Origin: Akkermansiaceae bacterium
GTDB taxonomy: Bacteria; Verrucomicrobiota; Verrucomicrobiia; Verrucomicrobiales; Akkermansiaceae
Length of the DNA stretch: 64,000 nucleotides
Direction of reading: 5' to 3'
Assembly (NCBI GenBank): GCA_041739215.1
Contig: JBGSOI010000029.1
Span: forward strand, 4,820 to 68,819
Made by a program: the position numbers and the translations under genes. Positions 1 through 9,479 of the stretch are shown here, one piece after another. The notes under the pieces are model-generated. The model was given only the letters and a program-made list of their open reading frames with translations, had not been told where the DNA came from and did not search any database. Position 1 is the stretch's first letter, and each line of letters opens with the position of its first letter.

Positions 1-113
1 ATCGAGTCAATCCACGCGGCGCAGTGGACCGATGCGGCGTTGGAATTTGAAACACTGCTGGTTTCCCCGTTTGTCCTGTGTCGGCCCCTTTGAGCGGGAT
101 CTCAAAAGTGCCT

Positions 114-142
114 TTGACGTGCGAGCCACCAAGCCACACATT
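114..142 (+). promoter_or_regulatory. putative sigma70-type promoter of thiH
   Basis: TTGACG (114-119), 17-nt spacer, CACATT (137-142), 9 nt before the ATG. Confidence 0.45.
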
Positions 143-151
143 CCGCCCGCC

Positions 152-1285
152 ATGGCATTTGCCGATGTTTTCCCAGATTTATTGAAGCGTCCCACGCCGC
201 TGATGAAACGTTTCATGCAGCTTGTTTCGGGTGAAACTGCGGCACCTTTGGAAACGCTCGCGAGGCAAAGCCAGCAAGTCACCCGGCGGCATTTCGGGAA
301 AACCATGCGGCTGTTCGCGCCGCTGTATGTTTCTAACGAGTGCGTGAATAATTGCAGCTACTGCGGATTCTCGCGCGATGCCGGGATTTTCAGGACAACT
401 CTAACCGTGGATCAGGTCGTGACCGAAGCGAGACATCTTCACGGCCTCGGCTTCCGCAACGTGCTACTCGTCGCCGGCGAGCATCCCAAGTTTGTTTCGG
501 AGGGCTACCTGCAAGATTGTCTTGATGCGTTGAAGCCATTCATCCCCACGCTCGCCCTCGAGGTGGGACCGATGGAGGACGACCAATACGCGGAAATCGT
601 CAGCCACGGCGCGGAGGGTCTCGTCGTCTATCAGGAAACTTACCACTTGGAAACCTATCAGCAGCTTCACACCGCTGGGCCCAAGAAAAATTTTCACTGG
701 CGCTTGGATTGCCCGGAACGCGCGTATGCGGGTGGCTTCCGCCGCATCGGAATCGGCGCGTTGTTTGGACTGGCAGATTGGAAATTCGAGGCACTCGCGC
801 TCTGTACTCACTTGGAATATCTCTACAAACACTGCTGGAAAGCGCAATTCACCGTCGCCTTCCCACGGATGCGGCCGTATGCGGGAAATTACGAGTACCA
901 GCCGGACGCAAATCTCTATCTGCCAGACAAAGCCCTAGTCCGTTTGATTGCCATTTTCCGGATCTTGTTTCCGCAAGTCGGCATCGTCGTTTCCACTCGA
1001 GAACCCGCGTCCTTGCGAGATGCCATTGCAACCCTCGGAGTGACGCACATGTCTGCTGGCGCGAAAACAGAACCCGGCGGCTACACCGGTGCGGGCAGCG
1101 ATGATCTTCATCTAACGGTCAAAGGCCGCAGGGTCGAGTTGCAGGAAAAATCCGGCTGTGAAAAGGCGACCGAGCAGTTTCAAATCCACGACACCCGCAG
1201 CCCTGCCGAGGTCGCAAGAATGCTCCGCGGCCAAAACCTCGATCCGGTATGGAAAGATTGGGATGAGTCGCTGTTGACGGTGTGA
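152..1285 (+). CDS. thiH: 2-iminoacetate synthase ThiH (radical SAM)
   Basis: FAPLYVSNECVNNCSYCGFS contains the CxxxCxxC motif; YQETY, GIGALFGL, STRE and SAG-K-T-PGGY motifs are typical of ThiH/HydG. Start moved to ATG152, just downstream of a TTGACG-N17-CACATT promoter. Confidence 0.88.
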   Translation: MAFADVFPDLLKRPTPLMKRFMQLVSGETAAPLETLARQSQQVTRRHFGKTMRLFAPLYVSNECVNNCSYCGFSRDAGIFRTTLTVDQVVTEARHLHGLGFRNVLLVAGEHPKFVSEGYLQDCLDALKPFIPTLALEVGPMEDDQYAEIVSHGAEGLVVYQETYHLETYQQLHTAGPKKNFHWRLDCPERAYAGGFRRIGIGALFGLADWKFEALALCTHLEYLYKHCWKAQFTVAFPRMRPYAGNYEYQPDANLYLPDKALVRLIAIFRILFPQVGIVVSTREPASLRDAIATLGVTHMSAGAKTEPGGYTGAGSDDLHLTVKGRRVELQEKSGCEKATEQFQIHDTRSPAEVARMLRGQNLDPVWKDWDESLLTV

Positions 1286-1352
1286 GAATAATTCGTGCTG
1301 CTAGAAAACCAGCTTTGACGCCTGCCTGTCTGCCGGGCAGTCTTTCGGCTAG

Positions 1353-2453
1353 ATGAGTCCACGGGAAGCAATCGTTGCTTTGAACCTTTTGCCCAAGATC
1401 GGGCCGGTACGGGTGCGCAGGTTGTTAGAAGCGTTCGGTGATGATCCGGCATCTATTCTAGGAGCTGCGAAGGATCGGCTGATGCGGGTCGATAGCATTG
1501 GTGAGGAGACGGCGAAGATTCTCCACTCGTGGCAAGACCATGCCGATCCAATCAGTGAGATTCGCGAAGCGACAGAGCGCGGGATTTCCATCGTCACGCA
1601 AGCCGATGACGACTATCCCGCGCCGCTACGGGAGGCTTATGATCCGCCGCTACTGCTTTACGTATGGGGAAAACTGGAGGCACGCGACAAGCACGCCATC
1701 AGCGTCGTCGGTTCGCGGCGGGCGACGAACTACGGCAAGCAAGCGACCAAGAAACTTTCCTATCAGCTCGCGCAGTCGGGATTCACGATCATTTCCGGGC
1801 TTGCCCGCGGCATCGACACCGCTGCGCACGAGGCCGCCGTCGCCGCAAATGGGCGCACCATCGCGGTGATCGGCTCGGGGCTGGGAAAACTCTATCCGCC
1901 AGAGAATCTGGCGTTAGCCGAGAAGATCGCCTCGGGATTTGGGGCTGTGGTTTCCGAGTTTTCGTTAGGCACGGCTCCGGACAAGCAGACGTTCCCAATG
2001 CGGAACCGCATTGTCGCGGCATGGGCGCGGGCGGTGCTCGTGGTGGAATGCCCGGCGTGGTCCGGCTCGTTGATCACTGCAAATCTCGCCTCGGAGTATG
2101 GAAAACCCATTTTTGCCGTGCCCGGTCCGATCGACAAACCGACTTCTGCTGGATGCAACCAGCTCATCCGAGACGGTGCCACCCTTGTTGCAGATGCCTC
2201 GCACATTCTTGATGATCTCGGCGAACTTCCCTTCACCCGCAAGGCGAGCCTAACCGAGCCGATGGCTCAGATCCCGGAGCTACCCGAGGAGGAAGCCGCC
2301 GTGTTCGCCGCAGTCACGGATGATGAATCGCCAGTGGATCTCATCATTGAGCGCAGCGGTCTGGCAGCCCATGTGGTGACGGCGAATCTGATGAAACTTG
2401 AGATGCGTCGGCTGGTGCGGGCCTTTCCCGGTTTCCGATACGCACGGCGGTGA
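1353..2453 (+). CDS. dprA: DNA-processing/protecting protein DprA
   Basis: PPLLLYVWG, VVGSRRAT, ISGLARGIDTAAH, FPMRNRIVA, SGSLITA, FAVPG and GCNQLIRDGA motifs; C-terminal winged helix. Confidence 0.95.
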   Translation: MSPREAIVALNLLPKIGPVRVRRLLEAFGDDPASILGAAKDRLMRVDSIGEETAKILHSWQDHADPISEIREATERGISIVTQADDDYPAPLREAYDPPLLLYVWGKLEARDKHAISVVGSRRATNYGKQATKKLSYQLAQSGFTIISGLARGIDTAAHEAAVAANGRTIAVIGSGLGKLYPPENLALAEKIASGFGAVVSEFSLGTAPDKQTFPMRNRIVAAWARAVLVVECPAWSGSLITANLASEYGKPIFAVPGPIDKPTSAGCNQLIRDGATLVADASHILDDLGELPFTRKASLTEPMAQIPELPEEEAAVFAAVTDDESPVDLIIERSGLAAHVVTANLMKLEMRRLVRAFPGFRYARR

Positions 2454-2489
2454 GATTCTTTCGGACCGCGTGCGACATGTCGCCGCTTT

Positions 2490-4223
2490 TCATTGGCCGT
2501 CATGTCTGATCAGTCCAAAGCGACGGTCTAACTCTCTCATGCCGAACTCGGTGAGCGTGGGACGTCCATCCGCCGCGCAGTAGGGGAGCTCGCAGTCGAA
2601 AAGCTCATCTAACAATAAGGTGGTTTCCGCGAGATTTGGCGTAGCCATCACCGCAGCCCGTTTCGCCAGGACCCGCGCCAATCTCTCGATGGCAAATCTC
2701 GCGCCGGGTGCGGACCCGTGGAGAAGTTCATCCATCAACGCACCGAGAAATGGCCGTGGATCATCCACTGGCAGACAGGCTGGCAGGCTACGGATTTGTA
2801 AGGTGTTTCCGCCAAACGCTTCGATTTCGATGCCCGCATCCTGCAGGGCCATTTGCTCGCGGAGCAACAGATCGAGATCTCGCGGATCGAGTTCCAGCAA
2901 GACCGGCACCAATAATGCCTGAGTCTCTAACACTGAACCCTCTTGATGTTGGAGCTTTTCAAAATAAATGCGCTCACGGGCCGCTTTGGGATCGAACAGC
3001 ACGAGGCCATCTTCGCTTTCCAGGATGACATAGCGGTGGTGGAGCATTCCCATGATCCTGAACTTCGGAGCCTTGCCCGACGGTGCCGCAGGTGGATCAG
3101 TTAGATCAAGAGCCGTCGCGGAAGCATCAGCATTTATCCAGTTCTCCAACTGTGGCTGCGGGGCGTGAAATATCGGCCTAACCGGATCTGGTGCGACCGA
3201 TAGGACTGATTGGATTGGTAGGACTGATGGAGCCGCAGGACGCATGGCCACCGCCACCGCTTCCAAGATCACGTCCTTCACATCGAGCGGGCGGTGAAAT
3301 CGCACCTCACGCTTCGCTGGGTGAACGTTCACATCCACCAAGGTCGGCTCGAGGTCGATCCACAGCCATGCGGCAGGATACAAGCCATCTGCTAGAGCAC
3401 CGCGAAATCCTTCCGCCAAGGCCCGCGAGATCACCGGGTCTTCGACCGGACGACCATTGAGGAAAACAAACTGATGTCGCCTGCCTTTCCGCGCATGGCT
3501 GGCGGGGAGCAGGAAGCCTTCAATTGAAATACCATTGCCGTGCGTCAGCGGCAGCGGAATCAACTCCCGCGACAACTCGGCACCTAACAAATGCCGCACT
3601 CGATCCACCGCTTTTGCCGCAGCAGGCAAGTCGAAGATCTCACGATCATCCCGCCGCAACCGGAAGCGGACGTGAGGCGCGGCCAGCGCGTGCAAGCGCA
3701 GTTGGTGCTCCACATGAGCCGCTTCGGTCGTCTCAGCTCGTAGAAATTTTCGCCGCGCCGGCATGTTGAAAAAAAGAGCCTTTGCTTCAATGATCGTTCC
3801 GGGTGCGCATCCTGCATCGCGTACGTCACGAATTTTCCCTCCATCCACGAGTATTTCCGTGCCAGCGACGGCATCCGTTTCCCGCGTCACGATTCGGAAC
3901 CGCGACACACTGGCGATGCTTGGCACCGCTTCGCCGCGAAATCCCAGCGTCATGATCGCCGCAAGATCACCCGCTGTTCGCAGCTTGCTTGTCGCATGGC
4001 GTTCTAACGAGAGCAACGCGTCCTCACGCGACATCCCGCAGCCGTCGTCGCTCACCCGGATCAACGCCGAGCCACCGCGATCAACATCCACGCGGATCTC
4101 ACGCGCCCCGGCATCGATGCTGTTTTCTACCAGCTCCTTCACCACCGAGGCCGGGCGTTCCACCACCTCACCCGCCGCCACTTGGCTGGCGAGGATGTCG
4201 GGAAGCACGCGGATTTTTGGCAT
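2490..4223 (-). CDS. mutL: DNA mismatch repair endonuclease MutL
   Basis: Starts MPKIRVLPDILASQVAAGEVVERPASVVKELVENSIDAG; HATSKL, LGFRGEA, DVNVHPAKREV. The C-terminal domain has variant motifs DPKAARERI and CAADGRP. Confidence 0.95.
   Translation of the reverse strand: MPKIRVLPDILASQVAAGEVVERPASVVKELVENSIDAGAREIRVDVDRGGSALIRVSDDGCGMSREDALLSLERHATSKLRTAGDLAAIMTLGFRGEAVPSIASVSRFRIVTRETDAVAGTEILVDGGKIRDVRDAGCAPGTIIEAKALFFNMPARRKFLRAETTEAAHVEHQLRLHALAAPHVRFRLRRDDREIFDLPAAAKAVDRVRHLLGAELSRELIPLPLTHGNGISIEGFLLPASHARKGRRHQFVFLNGRPVEDPVISRALAEGFRGALADGLYPAAWLWIDLEPTLVDVNVHPAKREVRFHRPLDVKDVILEAVAVAMRPAAPSVLPIQSVLSVAPDPVRPIFHAPQPQLENWINADASATALDLTDPPAAPSGKAPKFRIMGMLHHRYVILESEDGLVLFDPKAARERIYFEKLQHQEGSVLETQALLVPVLLELDPRDLDLLLREQMALQDAGIEIEAFGGNTLQIRSLPACLPVDDPRPFLGALMDELLHGSAPGARFAIERLARVLAKRAAVMATPNLAETTLLLDELFDCELPYCAADGRPTLTEFGMRELDRRFGLIRHDGQ
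3195..3230 (-). repeat. degenerate 9-bp tandem repeat (CCnATCnGT) inside the MutL linker
   Basis: Minus strand reads CCATCAGT CCTACCAAT CCAATCAGT CCTATCGGT. Confidence 0.5.
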
Positions 4224-4234
4224 CGGGGAAAGAC

Positions 4235-4306
4235 TTAAGAGTCCAGAATCCAGAGTCCAGAGATTCCACCGCTTGTTTCTTGTCTCTGGTCTCTGGCTTC
4301 TCTTAA
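4235..4306. repeat. inverted heptamer arrays in the mutL-ftsY divergent intergenic region
   Basis: (G/A)TCCAGA x3 at 4241-4261 opposite TCTCTGG x2 at 4283-4296, closed by TTAAGAG/CTCTTAA. Confidence 0.55.
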
Positions 4307-4317
4307 TCTGCCGTCCC

Positions 4318-5169
4318 ATGGCTGGCTTTTTCAAATCGCTCTTTAACAAAATCACCAACCGCGCTGAGATTGATTGGGACGATCTCGAAGCAGATCTCAT
4401 CAGCTCGGATCTCGGGATAGGTCTGACGACCTCCATCATCGACGAGCTGCGTGCCTTGGGGCGCGAGGTTTCGGGCGACGATGTGGTGAATGTCACTCGC
4501 CGCCAGCTCTCGAAACGACTGCCTGATAATTTCCTGCCGCCGACTCCACGGGCCGATGGGAAGCCGTTTGTGATCCTCGTCGTCGGCGTGAATGGCACCG
4601 GAAAAACCACATCATCCGCCAAGCTCGGGCTGTGGCTCAAGAAGCGCAACCGCACGGTCATGATGGCTGCCGCCGACACATTTCGCGCCGCTGCTGTCGA
4701 ACAACTCAAGCGTTGGGGCGAGCGTCTCGACCTCCCGGTGGTCACGGGAAATACCAATGCTGATCCATCGTCAGTTTGTTTTCACGCCCACCAGAAAGCC
4801 ATCGCGGAAAAGACACAATTTCTCATCTGCGACACTGCTGGCCGCATCCACACACGCCATAACCTGATGGAAGAGTTAGGAAAAATCCGTCGCACCATCG
4901 CCAAGCAAGATGAAACCGCGCCGCATCTTACCTTGTTGGTTGTCGATGCCACCACTGGCTCTAACGCCCTCCAACAGGCGAAGGAATTTCACAAAGCCAG
5001 CCCGCTCGACGGCCTCATCGTCACCAAGCTCGACGGCTCGGGAAAAGGCGGCATCGCCGTGACGATTCACGACCAACTTAACATTCCGCCGCGCTTCCTC
5101 GGCACTGGTGAAGAGCCGGAGGCATTCGCGATTTTTGAGAAGGAAAACTTTGTGGCGGAAGTGCTCTAG
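4318..5169 (+). CDS. ftsY: signal recognition particle receptor FtsY (NG domain only)
   Basis: MAGFFKSLF start, GVNGTGKTT, AADTFRAAAVEQL, DTAGR, TKLDGSGKGG, GTGE. Confidence 0.95.
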   Translation: MAGFFKSLFNKITNRAEIDWDDLEADLISSDLGIGLTTSIIDELRALGREVSGDDVVNVTRRQLSKRLPDNFLPPTPRADGKPFVILVVGVNGTGKTTSSAKLGLWLKKRNRTVMMAAADTFRAAAVEQLKRWGERLDLPVVTGNTNADPSSVCFHAHQKAIAEKTQFLICDTAGRIHTRHNLMEELGKIRRTIAKQDETAPHLTLLVVDATTGSNALQQAKEFHKASPLDGLIVTKLDGSGKGGIAVTIHDQLNIPPRFLGTGEEPEAFAIFEKENFVAEVL

Positions 5170-5186
5170 CAGCCAAAGCCCCCACC

Positions 5187-5972
5187 TCACTTCGGCAGGT
5201 GCTCGACGCAGTATTCCTCACCGTCGGGGCCGATGCGGAATTCGAGATAGGGGTCTGAGATGTCGGTCACTTTGCAGGTGGCGCAGGTATGAAATGCTTC
5301 GGACGTGGGCAGCTTGGAGTTGTTGAAATTTTTCCTTCGTTTCGAGGCGTCCAAGACCAGCGCGGTGCCTTTCAGGGTGGGAATTGCGGCCCAGATCAAG
5401 TAGTTCGCCAAGGTTGCGAGATAGAATGGCAGCAGGATGGGCAGTTGGAAAACCGTCATCAAAATCCCGAAGGCTAAAAACATCCCGATGAAGCGGATCT
5501 GGACGGGAATGATGAAGAACAAAAGGATTTCCACTTTTGGGAACAGCGTGGCGAAGGCCAGCAGTGCACTGGCGAACAACATCGTCCCGCCGAAGGGCAC
5601 GGCAACCGGATAGAGAAAACTCGCCGCCAAGGTAAGGAGGATTCCAGCATAACAGAACAGGCTGGTTTTGAAGCTGCCCCATGCTCCCTCAAGACCGTCG
5701 TTGACCATGAAGACGAAGTTCACCGCGAAGATCAGCAGCAGGATGTTGATGATGCTCGGTTTTCCAAACTGAGCCTCGGCGAAGAACATCGTCGCAATGC
5801 GCCAGACTTCACCAGCGAAGATCTTGTCACGGTTAAAGGCCAGTAACTCGGAGATGTTCGGTTGGAAAATCTGCAACACGAACACCATCACCTGAAACAA
5901 AGCGAAGTAGCGGAGGAATCCGGGGAACGAAAGCCAACTCCAACGCCGTTCCAAGCGGTCAAAAACATTCAT
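5187..5972 (-). CDS. integral membrane protein with a rhomboid-like N-terminus and a C-terminal Cys/His putative zinc finger
   Basis: About 6-7 hydrophobic segments, GEVWR loop motif, C-terminal HTCATC...LEFRI...EYCVEH; no GxSG catalytic motif. Confidence 0.65.
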   Translation of the reverse strand: MNVFDRLERRWSWLSFPGFLRYFALFQVMVFVLQIFQPNISELLAFNRDKIFAGEVWRIATMFFAEAQFGKPSIINILLLIFAVNFVFMVNDGLEGAWGSFKTSLFCYAGILLTLAASFLYPVAVPFGGTMLFASALLAFATLFPKVEILLFFIIPVQIRFIGMFLAFGILMTVFQLPILLPFYLATLANYLIWAAIPTLKGTALVLDASKRRKNFNNSKLPTSEAFHTCATCKVTDISDPYLEFRIGPDGEEYCVEHLPK

Positions 5973-6068
5973 AACGGCGGAAGCATCGCGGCTTGTCGCA
6001 GTTTGACAAGCCCCGGCGGCATCTCTCGCGTGGTTTAAAGGCTCGCGCGTTCGAACAACGAACGCGGA

Positions 6069-9000
6069 TCAGCGGTCGAGGCGATCCACGCCGTATTCGC
6101 CGAAGGGCACGAGCAGATCGCCATCGGTGGTGAGGACAGCGCGCGAAACTCCCGGATTCCAAGTGGGGAAATTCCATTTCGCTAGATTGCTGCCGTTTGC
6201 ATCCATCACGAAAAAGGCGTTCCATTTCCCACCGATCAAGGTGTTGTTTCCTAACCAACGCAACGAGTCAGGCGTCCAGCCGATTTCGACAAGTGTCTCA
6301 GCTACCAAGGTCCCGTTCTCCTTGAGGCGGTGAATCTGGACTGAGTTTTTCGAGCCAACGAACAGGCGGCGGTCACCAGCGGTTAGAGTCGCGTAGGCAG
6401 GAACATCAAGAGTGGCGATGGAAAATGCGTCGAATCCATCGCTGGCACTGACCTGCAGTGGAGTGGATTTGCCATCATCGCTGCCGCGGGTGAAGGCGAG
6501 GAATCCATTGCGATCAAGCTCGGTGACGGCGAACAACTGGCCTGGTAGATCCATCAACGGCCGCACGATCGGTGAGCCGGATGGTGGCACTTCGACCACG
6601 CGAGCCGTCTGCTGCGCGATGCCAGTCGGGAACCACTTGTTCGCTTTGCTGTCTTTCCATTGCGAGTTCCCGAGGACGACAAGGCTATCCGCCGCTGCGG
6701 CAAGACCGCTAAAGACTGAGCCATCGGGCCCCAGGACCACTGACTCCTCAGCCGCAGGACGGGTCGGGTCTGTGGTGTCGAAAATCAGCAAGCGCGGCGG
6801 ATTATCGGGAATCCAGTAGGGGCGACCGATGCTGATGGCAGCGGCGGACTCTAACGGCAAAGCGGCATCTGCCAGAGTCACGGAAGTTTTCGCGGTCACT
6901 GCGGTATCGGAACGAAGGATGATAGGTCCGCGTCCAAACCATGAACTCCCTGAATTCAAGACGACTGCTGGACGGTTAGGTTGGGGCCAGAGAAATTGAT
7001 CCGTTGGGGTCCGTCCGCTTTCTTCAAGGACTGTGACTCGTGAGCCTAGCAGAGTGAGCGCGGGCAAGGCGGATGCGTCGTAGATATCGAGACTCAGCTT
7101 GCTACTGTTACGACTGGGTGCGAAGTCTGCGATCAGATAGCCAAAATAGGAATAGGGAGGCGACGTGTCGCGGAGGATGTAAAGTTTTCCATCGCGGAAG
7201 TCGGCAGCTTTCACGGTTCCTTCTCCGAGGTCGATTTCTGCGAGAATGCTTTCAGTCGCGTTTCTAGGAGAGATGCGGCAAGTGGCTCTGCCGCCACCGT
7301 AGTAATTGCCATCCTCGATCTGGAGCAAATGGCTACCCACCTCGAACACCCGGTCCACCGGCCAAGCGAGTGAAACTTCTGATAGGATGGATGGCTTGTC
7401 GCGATCCGCGATGTCGGCGGCGACCATCGTCCGCTGGGAAATGGAGACAACGGCGTTTCCTAACAAATCCGCGCGGCGGGCGTCGAACTGGTGATTGATT
7501 TGTCCACGCAGGAAAAGGTCGCGAGCTTTGGTGTCGATGTCGATCAACTGGACCACCGATGTGGACTCGCCGGATTTCCTGCCATAGGAACTCAGCGGGA
7601 TCATCGCGAGTCCTGCATCGGGAAGGACTTTGAGGGCTTTTTCGTCCCAAAGCGCTTCGCTGTAAGAGCCGGAATCGCCGAGGGCGAGGCGGCGGAGGAG
7701 TTGCGGTGAGGCGGGATCTGCGACGTCGAAAAGCGAGGCTATGGGAGCATTCGATTCCCAGCCGACGGCGAAGAGTAGATCGCCAAGCGGCTCGATATGA
7801 GTGGAAAAGCCGGGCACCTTGATCTCGCCCGCGACGGTAGGGTTCGCAGGGTCTGAGAGGTCGATCACGAACAGCGGATCAACACGAAGGAAGGTGACGA
7901 TGTAAGCCTTGTTTCCTGCGAAGCGGGTGGCGAACAGGCTTTCTCCTTCCGCAAGGCGGAGGTGGCCGAGGCGGTCCTCCACGACAGCGGTGTGGATCAC
8001 TTCCGGCGCCCACGCACGGAAGTTTTCTAACACGGTGACGGGTGCCCAGCGGTTCCTGCTTTCGTTCCGCTCCGAGACCGTTGTTAAAATGTTGTTAGCC
8101 CACTGGATGGCGAACTTCCCGGGAATGACGCCCTCGGTGCGGATCGGCGGCGCCATGCGCTCTAGGCCGGTGTTGCGGATGGCAAAAACGCTGACCAGCG
8201 ATGAGTCCCAGCGATTGTTAGGATACACCGCGAGCGCGAGCCAGTCGTTGCCTGCGGCGATCATCGGGCCGTCGCCGTCGATGAGGGTTTCACCGTCGGC
8301 TTGCGGGACGGTGTCGGGAGCAATCAGCCACTCGGAAAGGCGGGTGCGGGAGTTCCATTCATCATCATTTTTTGCGTTGGAAAAATTCCACTCGGTGGTG
8401 GCAGTGATGAGGCGGTTACCGGACATGCGGCTGTCAGCGAGGTAGCCCTCCACATCGCGGCGATGGGTGATGCTGGCCTGGCCGCCGGAGACTTTGACGA
8501 GGTTGATGCGGGTGGATTCGCCAGACTTATCTGACCAGTTGCGGGTGAGAAGGACGAGGTGACGATCCGGCCCGGAGCCAGGCAACAAATAGAGATCCTG
8601 GCCCGAAGCAGGCAGCCGGAGCGAGGCGGTGATACGCGGATCTGCGGGGTTCGCGAGGTTGAGGACTTGGAGACCGCGCAGTTGGTTGAAGAAATAGACG
8701 GTGTTGCCGTCCACTTTCCAAATGTCTGCCTCGGTGATCGGGGCGTTCGGAGAGCCGACGGCGCCGGTGGTTTCGAGTCCGAGGCTGCGATCATATAGAC
8801 CACTGCCAACGAGGCTCCCGGACGAGGCGTTGGACGGTCCGAATTCATTCGTGCCCTGATAGAATTCAGCGGGAAATTTTTTCCGCGAACCGACGGCTTT
8901 GTCGAACTGGCCGATCGCGCGCCAGCGGATTTTCCCTTTGGTGTCCGGCAGCTTGAAGCGCATCACTCCTGCCACGGCATCGCGACTGGCGACCTTTACC

Positions 9001-9218
9001 CAGCCGCCTTCGCGACGAAATCGCTGCAAGGTGACGGAGCTGACTCCTTCCGGGACGGTGACTTTGGCCGTGCGGCCTTCGTTGGCGAGTTCGAGATCGA
9101 GTTGTTTCAAGCCCCCCAATAGCGCTTGAGGCGCGGCGGCACCGCACAGCGTGCTGGCAAGAATCAGCAGGAGAATTCTGCGCCAAGATGGGATGAGTGT
9201 GGCCATGCGGGTTTTCAT
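6069..9218 (-). CDS. large secreted beta-propeller domain protein (Beta_propel-like)
   Basis: Signal peptide; EADIWKVDG, ESLFATRFAGNKAYIVTFLRVDPLFVIDLSDPANP, GEIKVPGFSTHIEP and SEALWDEKA motifs. Start uncertain (9218 or 9206). Confidence 0.75.
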   Translation of the reverse strand: MKTRMATLIPSWRRILLLILASTLCGAAAPQALLGGLKQLDLELANEGRTAKVTVPEGVSSVTLQRFRREGGWVKVASRDAVAGVMRFKLPDTKGKIRWRAIGQFDKAVGSRKKFPAEFYQGTNEFGPSNASSGSLVGSGLYDRSLGLETTGAVGSPNAPITEADIWKVDGNTVYFFNQLRGLQVLNLANPADPRITASLRLPASGQDLYLLPGSGPDRHLVLLTRNWSDKSGESTRINLVKVSGGQASITHRRDVEGYLADSRMSGNRLITATTEWNFSNAKNDDEWNSRTRLSEWLIAPDTVPQADGETLIDGDGPMIAAGNDWLALAVYPNNRWDSSLVSVFAIRNTGLERMAPPIRTEGVIPGKFAIQWANNILTTVSERNESRNRWAPVTVLENFRAWAPEVIHTAVVEDRLGHLRLAEGESLFATRFAGNKAYIVTFLRVDPLFVIDLSDPANPTVAGEIKVPGFSTHIEPLGDLLFAVGWESNAPIASLFDVADPASPQLLRRLALGDSGSYSEALWDEKALKVLPDAGLAMIPLSSYGRKSGESTSVVQLIDIDTKARDLFLRGQINHQFDARRADLLGNAVVSISQRTMVAADIADRDKPSILSEVSLAWPVDRVFEVGSHLLQIEDGNYYGGGRATCRISPRNATESILAEIDLGEGTVKAADFRDGKLYILRDTSPPYSYFGYLIADFAPSRNSSKLSLDIYDASALPALTLLGSRVTVLEESGRTPTDQFLWPQPNRPAVVLNSGSSWFGRGPIILRSDTAVTAKTSVTLADAALPLESAAAISIGRPYWIPDNPPRLLIFDTTDPTRPAAEESVVLGPDGSVFSGLAAAADSLVVLGNSQWKDSKANKWFPTGIAQQTARVVEVPPSGSPIVRPLMDLPGQLFAVTELDRNGFLAFTRGSDDGKSTPLQVSASDGFDAFSIATLDVPAYATLTAGDRRLFVGSKNSVQIHRLKENGTLVAETLVEIGWTPDSLRWLGNNTLIGGKWNAFFVMDANGSNLAKWNFPTWNPGVSRAVLTTDGDLLVPFGEYGVDRLDR

Positions 9219-9479
9219 AGGGATGTTTTGGAAATGGGGAAGGAGGAAATTGCGAAGGATGTGACACCGGTGATCCGTCGTTCTGCGGAAGATTGGATCG
9301 CGGGCAGGGTGAAAAGTTTTCGGCGAGATGCCGGAGCTGGGCGAGTGAGCAGCACCCGTCACAGAACGGCACGGAGCCTGGCTGGACTTCAGTTTAGCCT
9401 CGGGAACTTCGTGCAAGACGCGATGGAGACTATTCCGCGTCTGGATGCCATGGACGATTGGTAGGTTTGCGTCTGCGGA

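Noticed and set aside
1-151. TPP riboswitch upstream of thiH
   Set aside because: No CTGAGA/ACCTGA core is visible, and the promoter appears to abut the start codon.
152-2453. Scattered rare CTA/TTA leucine codons as a hidden periodic signal
   Set aside because: The positions I checked showed no regular spacing and the frequency looks compatible with normal usage; not tested statistically.
3763-4757. Apparent overlap of the extended mutL and ftsY ORFs
   Set aside because: Artefact of longest-ORF calling; the conserved N-termini begin at 4223 (-) and 4318 (+).
9126-9464. 112-aa plus-strand ORF between the beta-propeller gene and creC
   Set aside because: It overlaps the propeller gene start, has no motifs, and its composition is not protein-like.
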